Origin: Verrucomicrobiota bacterium
GTDB lineage: Bacteria > Verrucomicrobiota > Verrucomicrobiia > Opitutales > Coraliomargaritaceae
Assembly: GCA_039815375.1 (NCBI GenBank)
Contig: JBCBZJ010000006.1
Coordinates: forward strand, 67,873-131,872
DNA length: 64,000 bases
Reading direction: 5' to 3'
In this document: in pieces, positions 42,539-52,425 of the stretch
Layout: each line of letters begins with the position of its first letter
Numbering within the stretch: the stretch's first letter is position 1
Notes under the pieces: model-generated
Told to the model about the DNA's origin: nothing
What the model saw: the letters and a program-made list of their open reading frames with translations, nothing else
Database searches by the model: none
Translations under genes and position numbers: made by a program

Positions 42539-44020
42539 TTAGCGGCTAGCCATTCGGGTAAACTTCTCTTTGGCCTCGTTCCAGATTTCTTTATCTGCGG
42601 GTTCGTAAGATTCAACCAACGATGAGTTGAGGACCACTTCACGCCCCTCGGCAATGTCTTTAATGGAGCCATCGCTCAGCATCTGCACAAGGATATTGCC
42701 TAGTCCGGTCGCTTCGACAGGACATGCTGCGACTCTTGTGCCGATAGCGTTGGCGGCGAATTGGTTGAGTAACTTGTCCTGACAACCTCCACCCACGATA
42801 TGAAGTGTGGTCGGTGGTGTCTGCGTGTATTTCATGAGCAATTCCCATACTTGAGCATAGCGCAGCGCAAGGCTCTCGTAGACACAGCGGATGATTTGCC
42901 CCTTGGTTTCGGGTAAGGGCTGTTCGGTGTCCCTGCAGTATTGTTGAATCTTCTCGGGCATACGTCCTGCGTCTGCGAAGAGTTTGCTATCAGGATTGAT
43001 TAGGGACCTGAACGGCTCTGCATCGGCTGCTAATGATGCCATTTTAGCGTAGGGCACGTCCTCACCCTCGGCTTTCCAGTATCGTCTGGATTCCTGAATG
43101 AGCCAGAGGCCACAGATGTTCTTTAGGAACCGGATCTTTCCATCTACACCGACTTCATTGGTGAATGCATCGGCGAAGGATTCGTCATTTATGACCGGTT
43201 CAGGTAGCTCTAGCCCCATCAGTGACCATGTGCCGCTACTTAGATATGCCGGTGTGTCTGCTTTACTTGGGACTGCGGCAACTGCACTTGCAGTATCATG
43301 CCCGGCGACAGTGACAACTTTGACACCGCTGAGTCCGGTCTGCTCAGAAACGTAGGGGGTGAGTTCACCTAGAATGTCTCCAGGGTCGCTTATCTCTTTG
43401 AAGAGACGTGTCGGGATGCCGAGTTTTTCAATGAGTTCGTAGTCCCAGTTCTTGGTTTTCGGGTTATAGAGCTGCGACGTGCTGGCGATGCTGCGCTCCT
43501 GAGTTTTGTTGCCCGTAAGCCAGTAGCCCAAAAGATCCGGAGTGAAGAGTAAGTCTTCAGCAGACTCGATCGCAGGGTTTTTCAACTCAACTTCAGACAG
43601 GATCTGATAGAGGGAGTTGAAGAACATAAACTGGATGCCCGTCGCTTTGTAAATGGAGTCATTGCCGACGAGTTCATCGGCTCGACTCATCATCGCATCG
43701 GTGCGATTGTCACGATATTGGTAGGGAAGGCCGAGCAGGCGGCCATGTTTGTCGATCAGTCCGTAGTCGACGCCCCAGCTGTCGATGCCCAAGCTCACGA
43801 CGGCGCTGCCGAAGCGTTCGGCTGCCAGCGTCAATCCTTCGAGAATGTTCTGGTGAAGGTTGGTTGTGTTCCAATGCCACCCGGATGGAAGTTGAACCGG
43901 TGTGTTATCGAAGCGGTTCAGTTCGTGAAGTTCAATGCGAGTTCCGTCGAATTCACCGGCGAGGACACGTCCACTGCCTGCTCCGAGATCAACTGCAAGA
44001 TAGACTTTGTTAAGGCTCAT
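42539..44020 (-). CDS. rhaB: Rhamnulokinase/fuculokinase (FGGY kinase)
   Basis: DLGAGSGR, GIDSWGVD, HDTASA, SSGTWSL, TNE, KNICGLW, EATGLGN. Confidence 0.88.
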   Translation of the reverse strand: MSLNKVYLAVDLGAGSGRVLAGEFDGTRIELHELNRFDNTPVQLPSGWHWNTTNLHQNILEGLTLAAERFGSAVVSLGIDSWGVDYGLIDKHGRLLGLPYQYRDNRTDAMMSRADELVGNDSIYKATGIQFMFFNSLYQILSEVELKNPAIESAEDLLFTPDLLGYWLTGNKTQERSIASTSQLYNPKTKNWDYELIEKLGIPTRLFKEISDPGDILGELTPYVSEQTGLSGVKVVTVAGHDTASAVAAVPSKADTPAYLSSGTWSLMGLELPEPVINDESFADAFTNEVGVDGKIRFLKNICGLWLIQESRRYWKAEGEDVPYAKMASLAADAEPFRSLINPDSKLFADAGRMPEKIQQYCRDTEQPLPETKGQIIRCVYESLALRYAQVWELLMKYTQTPPTTLHIVGGGCQDKLLNQFAANAIGTRVAACPVEATGLGNILVQMLSDGSIKDIAEGREVVLNSSLVESYEPADKEIWNEAKEKFTRMASR

Positions 44021-44035
44021 TAGGGTAGTGGACTT

Positions 44036-44797
44036 CTATTCAGCGATGATGACCGAGCAGTCGGCGGCAACGAGTTCACGGATTACAGTAGGATCAGCTG
44101 CATTGTCGGTAATGATTTTTGAGAGCTGGTTAACGCCTGCGAAGAAATACTCCGAGCGCTGATTTAATTTGGTCGAATCAACCAACAGGATGACTTCGTC
44201 GGCAAATTGCACCAGCCGCTCTTTGAAGGTAGCTTGCTGCTCGAAGCCTTCACTGGCGCCACGCACAGCGTCGAAACCGATACTGGAGATGAAGGCGGTG
44301 TTGATGTTGTGACGACGAAGCGTATCGATACTATCCCCACCAACAAAAGTTTGGGTCTTTGGGTGATAGCGACCGCCGGTGCAAATGAGTTCCAATTGCT
44401 CCCGTCCGATAAGTTGGTCGATCACCGCATAGGCATTGGTCACTACACGGTAGGGCAGGTCGGGGAGAGTGAAGATGAGCTCTAAAACGGTGGTGCTGCT
44501 ATCGAAGGCATAGGTGCAGCCAGGTTGGATAAGCTCAACCGCCGCTTGTGCAATGGCACGTTTTTTCTCCACGTTAATCGAGCGGCGTTCAGTGAAGGAT
44601 TGTAGCTTCGGCCGTCCGTTCAGATTGCTGGCACCGCCGTGAATGCGTGCGAGCTGGCCATTCTCCGCGAGGTTTTGCAGGTCACGACGAATCGTTTCGT
44701 CGGTAACTTGGAATTCCTCTGCCAAGTCGATGGTTCGGACAGTTCCACGTTCTTCCAGCAGGGTGAGTATTTGCTGCTGACGTTCTAGGGCTAACAT
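44036..44797 (-). CDS. DeoR/GlpR family transcriptional regulator
   Basis: VTDETIRRDL HTH, RIHGGA, DSSTT, VVTN. Confidence 0.95.
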   Translation of the reverse strand: MLALERQQQILTLLEERGTVRTIDLAEEFQVTDETIRRDLQNLAENGQLARIHGGASNLNGRPKLQSFTERRSINVEKKRAIAQAAVELIQPGCTYAFDSSTTVLELIFTLPDLPYRVVTNAYAVIDQLIGREQLELICTGGRYHPKTQTFVGGDSIDTLRRHNINTAFISSIGFDAVRGASEGFEQQATFKERLVQFADEVILLVDSTKLNQRSEYFFAGVNQLSKIITDNAADPTVIRELVAADCSVIIAE

Positions 44798-44808
44798 ACG
44801 CCTAAAAG

Positions 44809-44882
44809 TTGGATTTATTTGGGTTTATGCAAGATTTATGTTGACTTTGGGCTTAAAAAATTGGGTTTTGCCACAAATCCAA
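44809..44882. promoter_or_regulatory. Divergent promoter region with repeated TTGG(A/G)(T/C)TT boxes (putative DeoR operators)
   Basis: Copies at 44809, 44819, 44847 and 44861, an inverted copy AAATCCAA at 44875, and TTGACT at 44841. Confidence 0.6.
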
Positions 44883-44891
44883 AGATTTCTA

Positions 44892-45575
44892 ATGGCTGCT
44901 GCGACCAACCCCTCTCTCAACCGAGCCCAAATTGCCCAACTTGTGCGCGAGAGCCTGCGTCGGCATTCCCGGAAAAGTGATGTTTCCGAGCCCTTTCAAG
45001 GTCCCAATCCACTGGTTGTTAACATCAGCGCGCGTCATTGCCATTTGTCTCAGCAATCCGTTGAGGTTTTGTTCGGAAAAGGCCATCAGCTCACACCCAA
45101 GAAGTGGCTGTATCAGGAAGGTCAATACGCCGCTGAGGAGTCCGTTACACTAATTGGTCCGCGTAGTCGCGTAATTTCAAATCTTCGCATTCTTGGGCCA
45201 TGCCGTGATTTTGACCAGATTGAGCTCGCTTCGACAGACGCCATCTCACTGGGCTTCAAGATCCCGGTTAAGAACTCAGGCGATATTAAGGGCACACCTG
45301 GTTGCATGCTGATGGGGCCAGCTGGTTTTCTCAAGATGAACGAGGGTGTGATCCGCGCTGCACCGCATGTTCACATGGCACCTGAGGACGCAAAATTTTA
45401 CGGTGTGGAGAATAAGTCCTTTATGAAACTACGCGTCGGCGGCGATGTTGGTGTGACTTTTGACCGCATTTTCGTTCGCGTCGATCCTTCCTTCAAACTC
45501 GAGGTTCATATCGATACGGACGAAGGTAATGCCTGCGGTTTCAGCTCGGATACACCGTGTGAACTCCTCAAGTGA
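44892..45575 (+). CDS. pduL: PduL-type phosphate acyltransferase with N-terminal encapsulation peptide
   Basis: ISARHCH, LGPCR, HVHM, HIDTDEGNA; N-terminal RAQIAQLVRESL helix. Start at ATG 44892. Confidence 0.92.
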   Translation: MAAATNPSLNRAQIAQLVRESLRRHSRKSDVSEPFQGPNPLVVNISARHCHLSQQSVEVLFGKGHQLTPKKWLYQEGQYAAEESVTLIGPRSRVISNLRILGPCRDFDQIELASTDAISLGFKIPVKNSGDIKGTPGCMLMGPAGFLKMNEGVIRAAPHVHMAPEDAKFYGVENKSFMKLRVGGDVGVTFDRIFVRVDPSFKLEVHIDTDEGNACGFSSDTPCELLK

Positions 45576-45656
45576 GGGTGCTTTGCTCTGAATTTTAATA
45601 CCACATTCTAGTTTCTTTTTAGATCAACACATTGATAACACGAACCCAAACACACT

Positions 45657-45926
45657 ATGAGTGAATCCATCGGATTAGTAGAAACCAAAGGCCTCACTGG
45701 CTCGATTGAAGCAAGTGATGCTATGGCAAAGGCAGCATCTGTCAGCCTTGTTAAACAAATCTCTATTGGCGGCGGTTTTTTGACCGTTCTTGTCAAGGGA
45801 GATGTCGGTAGCGTCAAAGCTGCTGTAGAAGCTGGTGCCGAAGCTGCAAATAGCGTCGGTGAACTGGTCGCGTCGCACGTCATCGCACGTCCGCACGACG
45901 ACCTTCTCAAGTATTTTGAAGCATAA
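45657..45926 (+). CDS. BMC-H shell protein
   Basis: [32 protein letters not shown]. Confidence 0.96.
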   Translation: MSESIGLVETKGLTGSIEASDAMAKAASVSLVKQISIGGGFLTVLVKGDVGSVKAAVEAGAEAANSVGELVASHVIARPHDDLLKYFEA

Positions 45927-45949
45927 CCCGAAGAAGGGAGAACAATACC

Positions 45950-46228
45950 ATGGCCAAAGAAGCAATTGGAATGATCGAATGTAAGGGGCTTGTCAGCCTT
46001 ATGGAAGCTAGTGATGCAGCACTTAAGTCTGCTGACGTCAAAATGACCGGTTGGGAAAAGATCGGAAGCGGTCTTGTTACCGGTTTCTTTACCGGTAACG
46101 TTGCTGCAGTTAAAGCTGCGGTCGAAGCAGGTGCAGACGCGGCAGGTCAAATCGGCGAAGTTGTCGCTGTGCAAGTGATTCCACGTCCTCACGACGACCT
46201 TGTTAAGCTCGGCAGCTGGATTGGATAA
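45950..46228 (+). CDS. BMC-H shell protein
   Basis: AIGMIECKG, DAALKSA, GNVAAVKAAV, VIPRPH. Confidence 0.96.
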   Translation: MAKEAIGMIECKGLVSLMEASDAALKSADVKMTGWEKIGSGLVTGFFTGNVAAVKAAVEAGADAAGQIGEVVAVQVIPRPHDDLVKLGSWIG

Positions 46229-46253
46229 TTACTGAAACATCCTCGTTGATGGC

Positions 46254-47438
46254 ATGAAGATCCTCGTCGCCAATCTAGGCTCCACTTCCTTTAAGTATCG
46301 TCTCTATGATATGAGAGATGCAGTGGCCAACATGTTGGCTAAGGGTGGATTTGAGCGTGTGACTGAATACACACCGTGTATTGAGGAAATGCTCAAGACC
46401 TTGATCGACGATGGTCATCTCGTATCCGGCGAAGATTTGGATGCAGTCGGTTTCAAAACCGTTCTTGGTAAAGATCTAAGTGGATGTGTCGAAGCAGATG
46501 ATAGAGTTCTGGTAGCTCTCGATGGTTTCAAGGAAGTTGCTCCTGCACACAATCCAGCCTACGCGGAAGGCATCCGTTGCTTCCAGAGAAAGCTGCCGGA
46601 CGTCACTCGCGTGGCACTTTTTGAGACTGCTTTCTTCCAGTGGGTCCCTTCGGCATGGACAACCTATGCCATTCCAAAAGAGTGGCGTGAACTCGGCATC
46701 CGCCGCTACGGTTTCCATGGTGCCAGTCATAAGTTCATCGCTGAACGTTCGGCTGAGCTTTACGGAAATGATGTCGTTGCGGATCGTGCGCGTGGCCTCT
46801 ACGTAGACGGCCCGGTTGACTACTCCGGTGCTCCGCTTCGTGTGATCTCCTGCCATCTTGGTGGCAGTAGTTCCGTAGTTGGTATCAACAGCGGCGTAGC
46901 AATTGGCTCCAGTATGGGCTTCAGCCCACAGAGTGGGCTACCACAGAACAATCGCGTTGGTGATCTCGACTCCATGGCGATTCCATACGTCAACAAGATG
47001 TTAGGACTCCCTGTCGAGGAGGCGGAACGTCAGCTCAACAAGGAAAGTGGATTATTGGGTCTTTCCGGTTTGAGCAACGATGCCCGTGATATCCGTGATG
47101 CGACAATCGAAGGTAATGGAGACGCGCAATTAGCGACTGATGTGTTGATCGACAGTATTCGCCATTGGGCCGGCTCCTTTTTCTTCAGGATGGGGGGCGC
47201 AGAAGTCATTTCATTTACCGCTGGTATCGGCGAGAATGATACGAAGCTTCGTGCAAAGGTCTGCGAAGGCCTTGAAGACCTCGGTGTTATCATTGACCCG
47301 GTTGCTAACGAAGCGACCGTCCGTGGCGCTGAAGGGTTTATTAGTGCGCCCGAATCCAAAATCAAAGTATGCGTCATACCAGCGAATGAAGAGCTCGTGA
47401 TCGCCCGTGAAGTATATCGTTTCAAAGAAGCAGGCTAA
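46254..47438 (+). CDS. ackA: Acetate/propionate-family kinase (BMC-associated)
   Basis: NLGSTSFK, APAHN, RYGFHGASH, CHLGG, FTAGIGEN, ANEELVIA. Confidence 0.9.
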   Translation: MKILVANLGSTSFKYRLYDMRDAVANMLAKGGFERVTEYTPCIEEMLKTLIDDGHLVSGEDLDAVGFKTVLGKDLSGCVEADDRVLVALDGFKEVAPAHNPAYAEGIRCFQRKLPDVTRVALFETAFFQWVPSAWTTYAIPKEWRELGIRRYGFHGASHKFIAERSAELYGNDVVADRARGLYVDGPVDYSGAPLRVISCHLGGSSSVVGINSGVAIGSSMGFSPQSGLPQNNRVGDLDSMAIPYVNKMLGLPVEEAERQLNKESGLLGLSGLSNDARDIRDATIEGNGDAQLATDVLIDSIRHWAGSFFFRMGGAEVISFTAGIGENDTKLRAKVCEGLEDLGVIIDPVANEATVRGAEGFISAPESKIKVCVIPANEELVIAREVYRFKEAG

Positions 47439-47481
47439 TTTAACTCACCTAAAAGACTAAAAATTTAACCACAAAAAAATC

Positions 47482-47784
47482 ATGGCAAAACAAGCAATAG
47501 GAATCCTAGAAACAAAGGGCCTGATCGCCCTCGTCCAAGGCACGGACGCAATGCTCAAATCAGCTAATGTTGAACTCACCGGCCCGATGAAGGGTATCGG
47601 TAGCGCACTCGTTAATGCTGTTGTCACCGGCGATGTTGCCGCAGTTAACGCAGCTATCGAAGCGGGTGCTGAAATGGCTGGCCGCTACGGCGAAGTCGTT
47701 AGCGCTCACGTCATTGCACGCCCACATGATGATACCGATATGGTGATTCCCGGTGCAAAGTCTAAGCGCGCAACCGCTAAATAA
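47482..47784 (+). CDS. BMC-H shell protein
   Basis: AIGILETKG, DAMLKSA, GDVAAV, HVIARPH. Confidence 0.96.
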   Translation: MAKQAIGILETKGLIALVQGTDAMLKSANVELTGPMKGIGSALVNAVVTGDVAAVNAAIEAGAEMAGRYGEVVSAHVIARPHDDTDMVIPGAKSKRATAK

Positions 47785-47792
47785 TTCTCTCA

Positions 47793-48107
47793 ATGTATCT
47801 TGGTAAAGTCATCGGTTCCGTCGTATCGACGAAGAAGGACGACAGTATGCGTGGGCGTAAGCTCCTCATGGTGCGCCCGATGTTGATCGATCCGGAAGAC
47901 GCTGCGAAGTTTAAGCCCGGCGGTAATACGATCATTGCAATCGATACGCTGGGCGCAGGCGAAGGCGAGTTGGTGATGTTTGCCCAGGGTAGCTCCGCCC
48001 GCCAGGCCGATGGTCTCAAGACTATGCCGGTGGACGCTGCGATTGTCGGTATCGTCGACACTGTCAGCGTGCAAGGGGCCAAAACCTACGAAGCGAGTAA
48101 GAGCTAA
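47793..48107 (+). CDS. BMC-P (EutN/CcmL) vertex protein
   Basis: GKVIGSVVSTKK, AIDTLGAGEGE, GSSAR, DAAIVGIVD. Confidence 0.95.
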   Translation: MYLGKVIGSVVSTKKDDSMRGRKLLMVRPMLIDPEDAAKFKPGGNTIIAIDTLGAGEGELVMFAQGSSARQADGLKTMPVDAAIVGIVDTVSVQGAKTYEASKS

Positions 48108-48127
48108 GAGCGAGAAAGGAATTATTC

Positions 48128-49579
48128 ATGAGTCAATTGAGTGAAGACGCGATCCGCGATGTTGTAACTGAAGTTCTTTCAAAGCTTCAGACGCCGACAC
48201 CTGTCTCCGTCGCAACACCTGCAATCAAGGTAAGCGCTGCTAAGCACGGTGTCTTTGACGATGCCAAAAGTGCCGCCAAGGCTGCGCGCGGTGGCTTCAA
48301 GCAACTGAAAAAGGCCGGTTGGGCCGGACGTGTCAAGGTCATCGATATCGTGAAGCAAATGTGCTCCGACAACGCTGACCGATGGGGTAAGATTGAATTC
48401 GATGAAACGCAGATCGGGCGCCTCGACCACAAGATCGCCAAGCTACACGGTATCAGGAACGTGCTCGGCACCGAGTTCCTTACGCCATATGGAATGAGCG
48501 GCGACGCCGGTATTACGATGGAAGAGTTTGCGCCTTGGGGAGTGATCGGAAGCATTACTCCGGTGACGCATTCCGTGCCGACTATTGCCGGTAACATCGT
48601 TAACATGGTTGCTGCGGGCAACTCCATTGTCTTCAACCCGCACCCTGGTGGTGCCGCTTGTGCTGCCTTTGCGATTAATGAATTCAACGAAGCAATCAAG
48701 GCAGAGACCGGTATAGAAAACCTAATCTGCACGATTGAGAAGCCATCACTTGATTCCTTCAATGAGCTTTGTGCTTCCGAAGACGTGAATCTCCTGTGCA
48801 TCACCGGCGGTCCAGCTGTGGTTGATGCCGCGATGAAGACCGGCAAGCGGGCAATTTGCGCCGGTCCCGGTAACCCACCTGTTGTAGTTGACGATTGCCA
48901 TGCGCTCGACTTCGACAAAGTGGCAAAAGACATCATCCTCGGCGGCGGTTTCGATAACAACCTTCTCTGCATCGGTGAAAAACAAATTATTGCTGTAGCT
49001 GACAGCTACAAGAAGACACTCGATGCGCTCAAGCGTAACGGAGCTGTGGTCCTGAACAAGATGCAGACCGAGAGGATCAAGAAAGAGGTCTTCGATTTTA
49101 AAGACGGTGACGGTGGCTGCTCGCACGCGGTTCTGAACCGCGAGTATGTTGGTGCAGATCCGGTCAAGCTTGCGAAGATTGCCGGTCTCAAAATCGATCC
49201 AAAGGTTGAGATGCTTATTGCTGAGACGGCAGAAGACGATGTCTTTGTCGATGAAGAGCAAATGATGCCGCTTCTGCCGATTGTTCGCGCCGGTTGCTTT
49301 AATGACGCCATTCGTATTGCGAAGGATTCCGAGCACGGCTACAAGCACTCTGCTATGGTCCACACCATGAACGTCGCCAATATGACAAAGATGGGGCAGG
49401 CCATGGATACCACTCTTTACGTGAAGAACGGACCCTGTGTGGCCGGGCTTGGCATGGGTGGTGAAGGCTATATCAGCTTCTCCATCGCAACCACAACCGG
49501 TGAAGGCATCACGACGCCGAGGACATTTACCCGTTTCCGCCGATGTGCCCTCGTTGAGCAACTTAACATTATCGGCTAA
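48128..49579 (+). CDS. CoA-acylating aldehyde dehydrogenase (EutE/PduP type) with N-terminal encapsulation peptide
   Basis: SEDAIRDVVTEVLSKL helix; PWGVIGSITP, TGGPAVV, AGPGNPP, DNNLLCIGEK, GEGIT. Confidence 0.93.
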   Translation: MSQLSEDAIRDVVTEVLSKLQTPTPVSVATPAIKVSAAKHGVFDDAKSAAKAARGGFKQLKKAGWAGRVKVIDIVKQMCSDNADRWGKIEFDETQIGRLDHKIAKLHGIRNVLGTEFLTPYGMSGDAGITMEEFAPWGVIGSITPVTHSVPTIAGNIVNMVAAGNSIVFNPHPGGAACAAFAINEFNEAIKAETGIENLICTIEKPSLDSFNELCASEDVNLLCITGGPAVVDAAMKTGKRAICAGPGNPPVVVDDCHALDFDKVAKDIILGGGFDNNLLCIGEKQIIAVADSYKKTLDALKRNGAVVLNKMQTERIKKEVFDFKDGDGGCSHAVLNREYVGADPVKLAKIAGLKIDPKVEMLIAETAEDDVFVDEEQMMPLLPIVRAGCFNDAIRIAKDSEHGYKHSAMVHTMNVANMTKMGQAMDTTLYVKNGPCVAGLGMGGEGYISFSIATTTGEGITTPRTFTRFRRCALVEQLNIIG

Positions 49580-49833
49580 TGTTACATGCACGCATAGATG
49601 GCCATGCAACGGCCACGATCGCACACCCCAGCCTAAAGGGGCAGAAGATCGTTCTGTGCACACCGATTGATGAGAATGGCAACGATACTGGTTCGCCTTT
49701 CGCTGCAGTCGATCCAATCGGAGCCGGGCAGCACTCCAGAGTTTTTATTACCACGGATGGCTCCTGGACGCAGGATACGGTTCACGACGATAGCTCTCCC
49801 ATCCGTAACCAAGTGATCGGCATCATCGACTAA
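49579..49833 (+). CDS. BMC-P (EutN/CcmL) vertex protein
   Basis: HPSLKGQK, AVDPIGAG, VIGIID. Confidence 0.88.
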   Translation: MLHARIDGHATATIAHPSLKGQKIVLCTPIDENGNDTGSPFAAVDPIGAGQHSRVFITTDGSWTQDTVHDDSSPIRNQVIGIID

Positions 49834-50129
49834 TGAAACCCGGACGAGTCATCGGCACTGTAACCTTGAGCCAGGGAGCGCCACAGTTTCGTGGTGCGCG
49901 TTGGATTGTGGTGAGCCCAATGGGTAAAGAAGAGTTGTCGGGAAACAACACCGGCCTAAGCAAGGCTTCGACACCGGTCGTTTACGACAAAATGGGTGCC
50001 GGTGTTGGTGACGAAATTCTTTACGTCGAAGGCGCTGAAGCAACACAACCTTTTGAAGATCCCATTCCTCTTGACGCGATCAGCGTCGCGATACTCGACA
50101 ACTATCAATACGCGATCCCTGATGCGTAA
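49833..50129 (+). CDS. BMC-P (EutN/CcmL) vertex protein
   Basis: GRVIGTVTL, VYDKMGAGVGD, EGAEA, PLDA...AILD. Confidence 0.88.
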   Translation: MKPGRVIGTVTLSQGAPQFRGARWIVVSPMGKEELSGNNTGLSKASTPVVYDKMGAGVGDEILYVEGAEATQPFEDPIPLDAISVAILDNYQYAIPDA

Positions 50130-50140
50130 ATTTTAAGATT

Positions 50141-51229
50141 ATGAGCAAACTCTATACCGCAAAAGATCTCGAAAAGATGATCGAGCAGGGCCAGTGCCTT
50201 AGCACTGTCCCGGAAGATGCAAAGCTCACTCCGATGGCCCGCGATGTCCTTCGCAAGCATAAGGGTAAGGCGAAAACTGCTCCTGCCAGTTACGCATCTG
50301 CGGCCTCCGGTAGCCAACCGAAGATTCACGATCCGATTCTTCCGGACGCCGAATACAATTGGAAGCCAGGTGGCGACCCAAAGACTGCGGCCGAGCTCGA
50401 GAAGTTCTTTTATTCAGCAGAAATCCAAGCTCTCAAAGAGCGCATCTGCCATATCGGCAAACGAATTTGGAACAAAGGTTACGTCGATGGTAACGGCGGC
50501 AACATCACCGTTCGTGTCGGTGACAATCTCGTGCTCTGCACACCGACTCTGATTTCGAAGGGTTTTATGACTCCGGACGATATCTGCATGGTGGACCTCG
50601 ATGGAAACCAGGTTGCGGGCACACGACCGCGTACTTCCGAAGTGAATACACACCTTGGGATCATGAAGAATGAACCGAAAGCGAAGTCCTGCGTGCACGC
50701 TCATCCTGTCTACGCCACGGCCTTCGCAGTTGCCGGTGTGACACCTCCATCCTGCTTGATTCCAGAACCGGAAGTTTTCCTCGGTGAGATCGGTTTCGCC
50801 AGCTATCAAACTCCCGGCACTCCGGAAAATGCGCGTGAAGTCGGCCAGCTTGCCAAGAAGCACCAATCTATTCTGATGCAAAACCATGGCGTCATCTGTT
50901 GGGGGAAGGATGTTGAAGACGCCTACTGGAAGATGGAAAATACCGATGCCTTCTGCCAGACCGTCACAGTGACCATGCAAATTGGAGGTCCCAAGCAATA
51001 CGGCCCGGACAAGCTCAAGGAGCTCATTGAAATTCGCCAAAAGCTCGGCATGCCCGATCATCGTCTCGACGAACTCAAGGAATGCGAACTCTGCGATGCT
51101 GCTGAAGCGACCGTAAACACCGCTCCACAGCCGGCGGCTTGTGGGTGTGAGCTCAATTCTGCAAATAGCGACGATGCTGATGAGGCGCTCGTCCAGAAGA
51201 TTACTGATATGATCATGGAGAAGCTTTAA
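50141..51229 (+). CDS. Class II aldolase (fuculose/rhamnulose-1-phosphate aldolase) with extra N-terminal domain and C-terminal encapsulation peptide
   Basis: GNITVR, TPT, TSEVNTH, HAHP, QNHG; C-terminal EALVQKITDMIMEKL. Confidence 0.92.
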   Translation: MSKLYTAKDLEKMIEQGQCLSTVPEDAKLTPMARDVLRKHKGKAKTAPASYASAASGSQPKIHDPILPDAEYNWKPGGDPKTAAELEKFFYSAEIQALKERICHIGKRIWNKGYVDGNGGNITVRVGDNLVLCTPTLISKGFMTPDDICMVDLDGNQVAGTRPRTSEVNTHLGIMKNEPKAKSCVHAHPVYATAFAVAGVTPPSCLIPEPEVFLGEIGFASYQTPGTPENAREVGQLAKKHQSILMQNHGVICWGKDVEDAYWKMENTDAFCQTVTVTMQIGGPKQYGPDKLKELIEIRQKLGMPDHRLDELKECELCDAAEATVNTAPQPAACGCELNSANSDDADEALVQKITDMIMEKL

Positions 51230-51244
51230 ACTTTCGACCTATCA

Positions 51245-52243
51245 ATGAAATCCAAGACTCCTATCCGTGTCGCTGTCACCGGTGCAGCCGGTAATATCGG
51301 TTATGCGCTTCTCTTCCGCATCGCGTCCGGCCAGATGTTTGGCCCGGATCAGCCCGTTGCGCTCAACTTGATCGAAATCGAACCCGGTATGGCTGCGCTC
51401 AGAGGTGTCGCCATGGAGCTCGATGACTGCGCCTTTCCACTCCTTACCGAGATTGTTCAAACATCCGACTTGAGTGTTGGCTTCAAGGATGTCGATTGGG
51501 CACTTCTTGTCGGGTCCGTGCCTCGCAAGAAGGGTATGGAGCGTGCTGATCTTCTGGGTATCAACGGCAAGGTTTTTGTTGGCCAGGGTAAGGCAATCAA
51601 CGACAACGCCAAGAAAAGTGTGCGTGTCGTCGTTGTCGGTAATCCCTGCAACACAAATTGCCTCATCGCGATGAAGAGTGCTCCGGATATCCCGAACAGG
51701 CAGTTCTTTGCCATGACCCGTCTGGATGAGAACCGTGCCAAGACGCAGCTCGCCCAGAAAGCAGGTGTGCCGGTTCACGAAGTTTCCGGGCTTTGTGTGT
51801 GGGGCAACCATAGCCCTTCCATGTTCCCGGATTTCTATAACACCAGGATTGCCCGTCAAAAAGCCAACGATGTAATTGTCGATGAAGATTGGCTGAAGAG
51901 CACTTTCGTTCCGGATGTCGGCACACGCGGTGCCGCGATTATTGCAGCTCGCGGCGCTTCCTCGGCAGCTTCTGCAGCTAATGCTATTGTCGATACGGTT
52001 CGCGATTTGATGACACCGACCCGGAGTGACTACCATAGCGTTTGCGTGATTTCGAACGGTGAATACGACACACCGGCGGGCATTATAACTTCGCTTCCGG
52101 TCAAGGTCGACGCAGTAGGCAACTGGCGTGTTGTCGAAGACATCAAGTTGACCGACTACGCAAAGGAAAAGATTAAGGCCTCGAACGACGAGCTCCTCGA
52201 GGAACGCAAGGTTGCTTTCGGCCAACTCGGCCTAAGCTTCTAG
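51245..52243 (+). CDS. mdh: NAD-dependent malate dehydrogenase (cytosolic MDH1-like type)
   Basis: [43 protein letters not shown]. Confidence 0.93.
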   Translation: MKSKTPIRVAVTGAAGNIGYALLFRIASGQMFGPDQPVALNLIEIEPGMAALRGVAMELDDCAFPLLTEIVQTSDLSVGFKDVDWALLVGSVPRKKGMERADLLGINGKVFVGQGKAINDNAKKSVRVVVVGNPCNTNCLIAMKSAPDIPNRQFFAMTRLDENRAKTQLAQKAGVPVHEVSGLCVWGNHSPSMFPDFYNTRIARQKANDVIVDEDWLKSTFVPDVGTRGAAIIAARGASSAASAANAIVDTVRDLMTPTRSDYHSVCVISNGEYDTPAGIITSLPVKVDAVGNWRVVEDIKLTDYAKEKIKASNDELLEERKVAFGQLGLSF

Positions 52244-52352
52244 TTATAAGAATGAGGAATCTTGCTCAGCATAACGGCGTCGCCTACTAGCCAATAACGC
52301 TCTATCTAGTTTCACCAAAGGCTGCTGATGTTCAATGAGGTGGTCTCCCAAA

Positions 52353-52425
52353 GTAGGGACGCCTGTCCTCAGGCGTCCGTAACATCCGACAGGCATAGCG
52401 TTCTCCACAGGACAGCCGTCCCCAC
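52353..52425. repeat. GTAG-family REP element with inverted degenerate partner
   Basis: GTAG-GGACGCCTG-TCCT-CAGGCGTCC (52353-52378); the reverse complement of 52408-52425 is GTGGGGACGGCTGTCCTG. Confidence 0.65.

Noticed and set aside
45657..47784. Repeated DNA segments as a possible repeat array
   Set aside because: Explained by three paralogous BMC-H genes.
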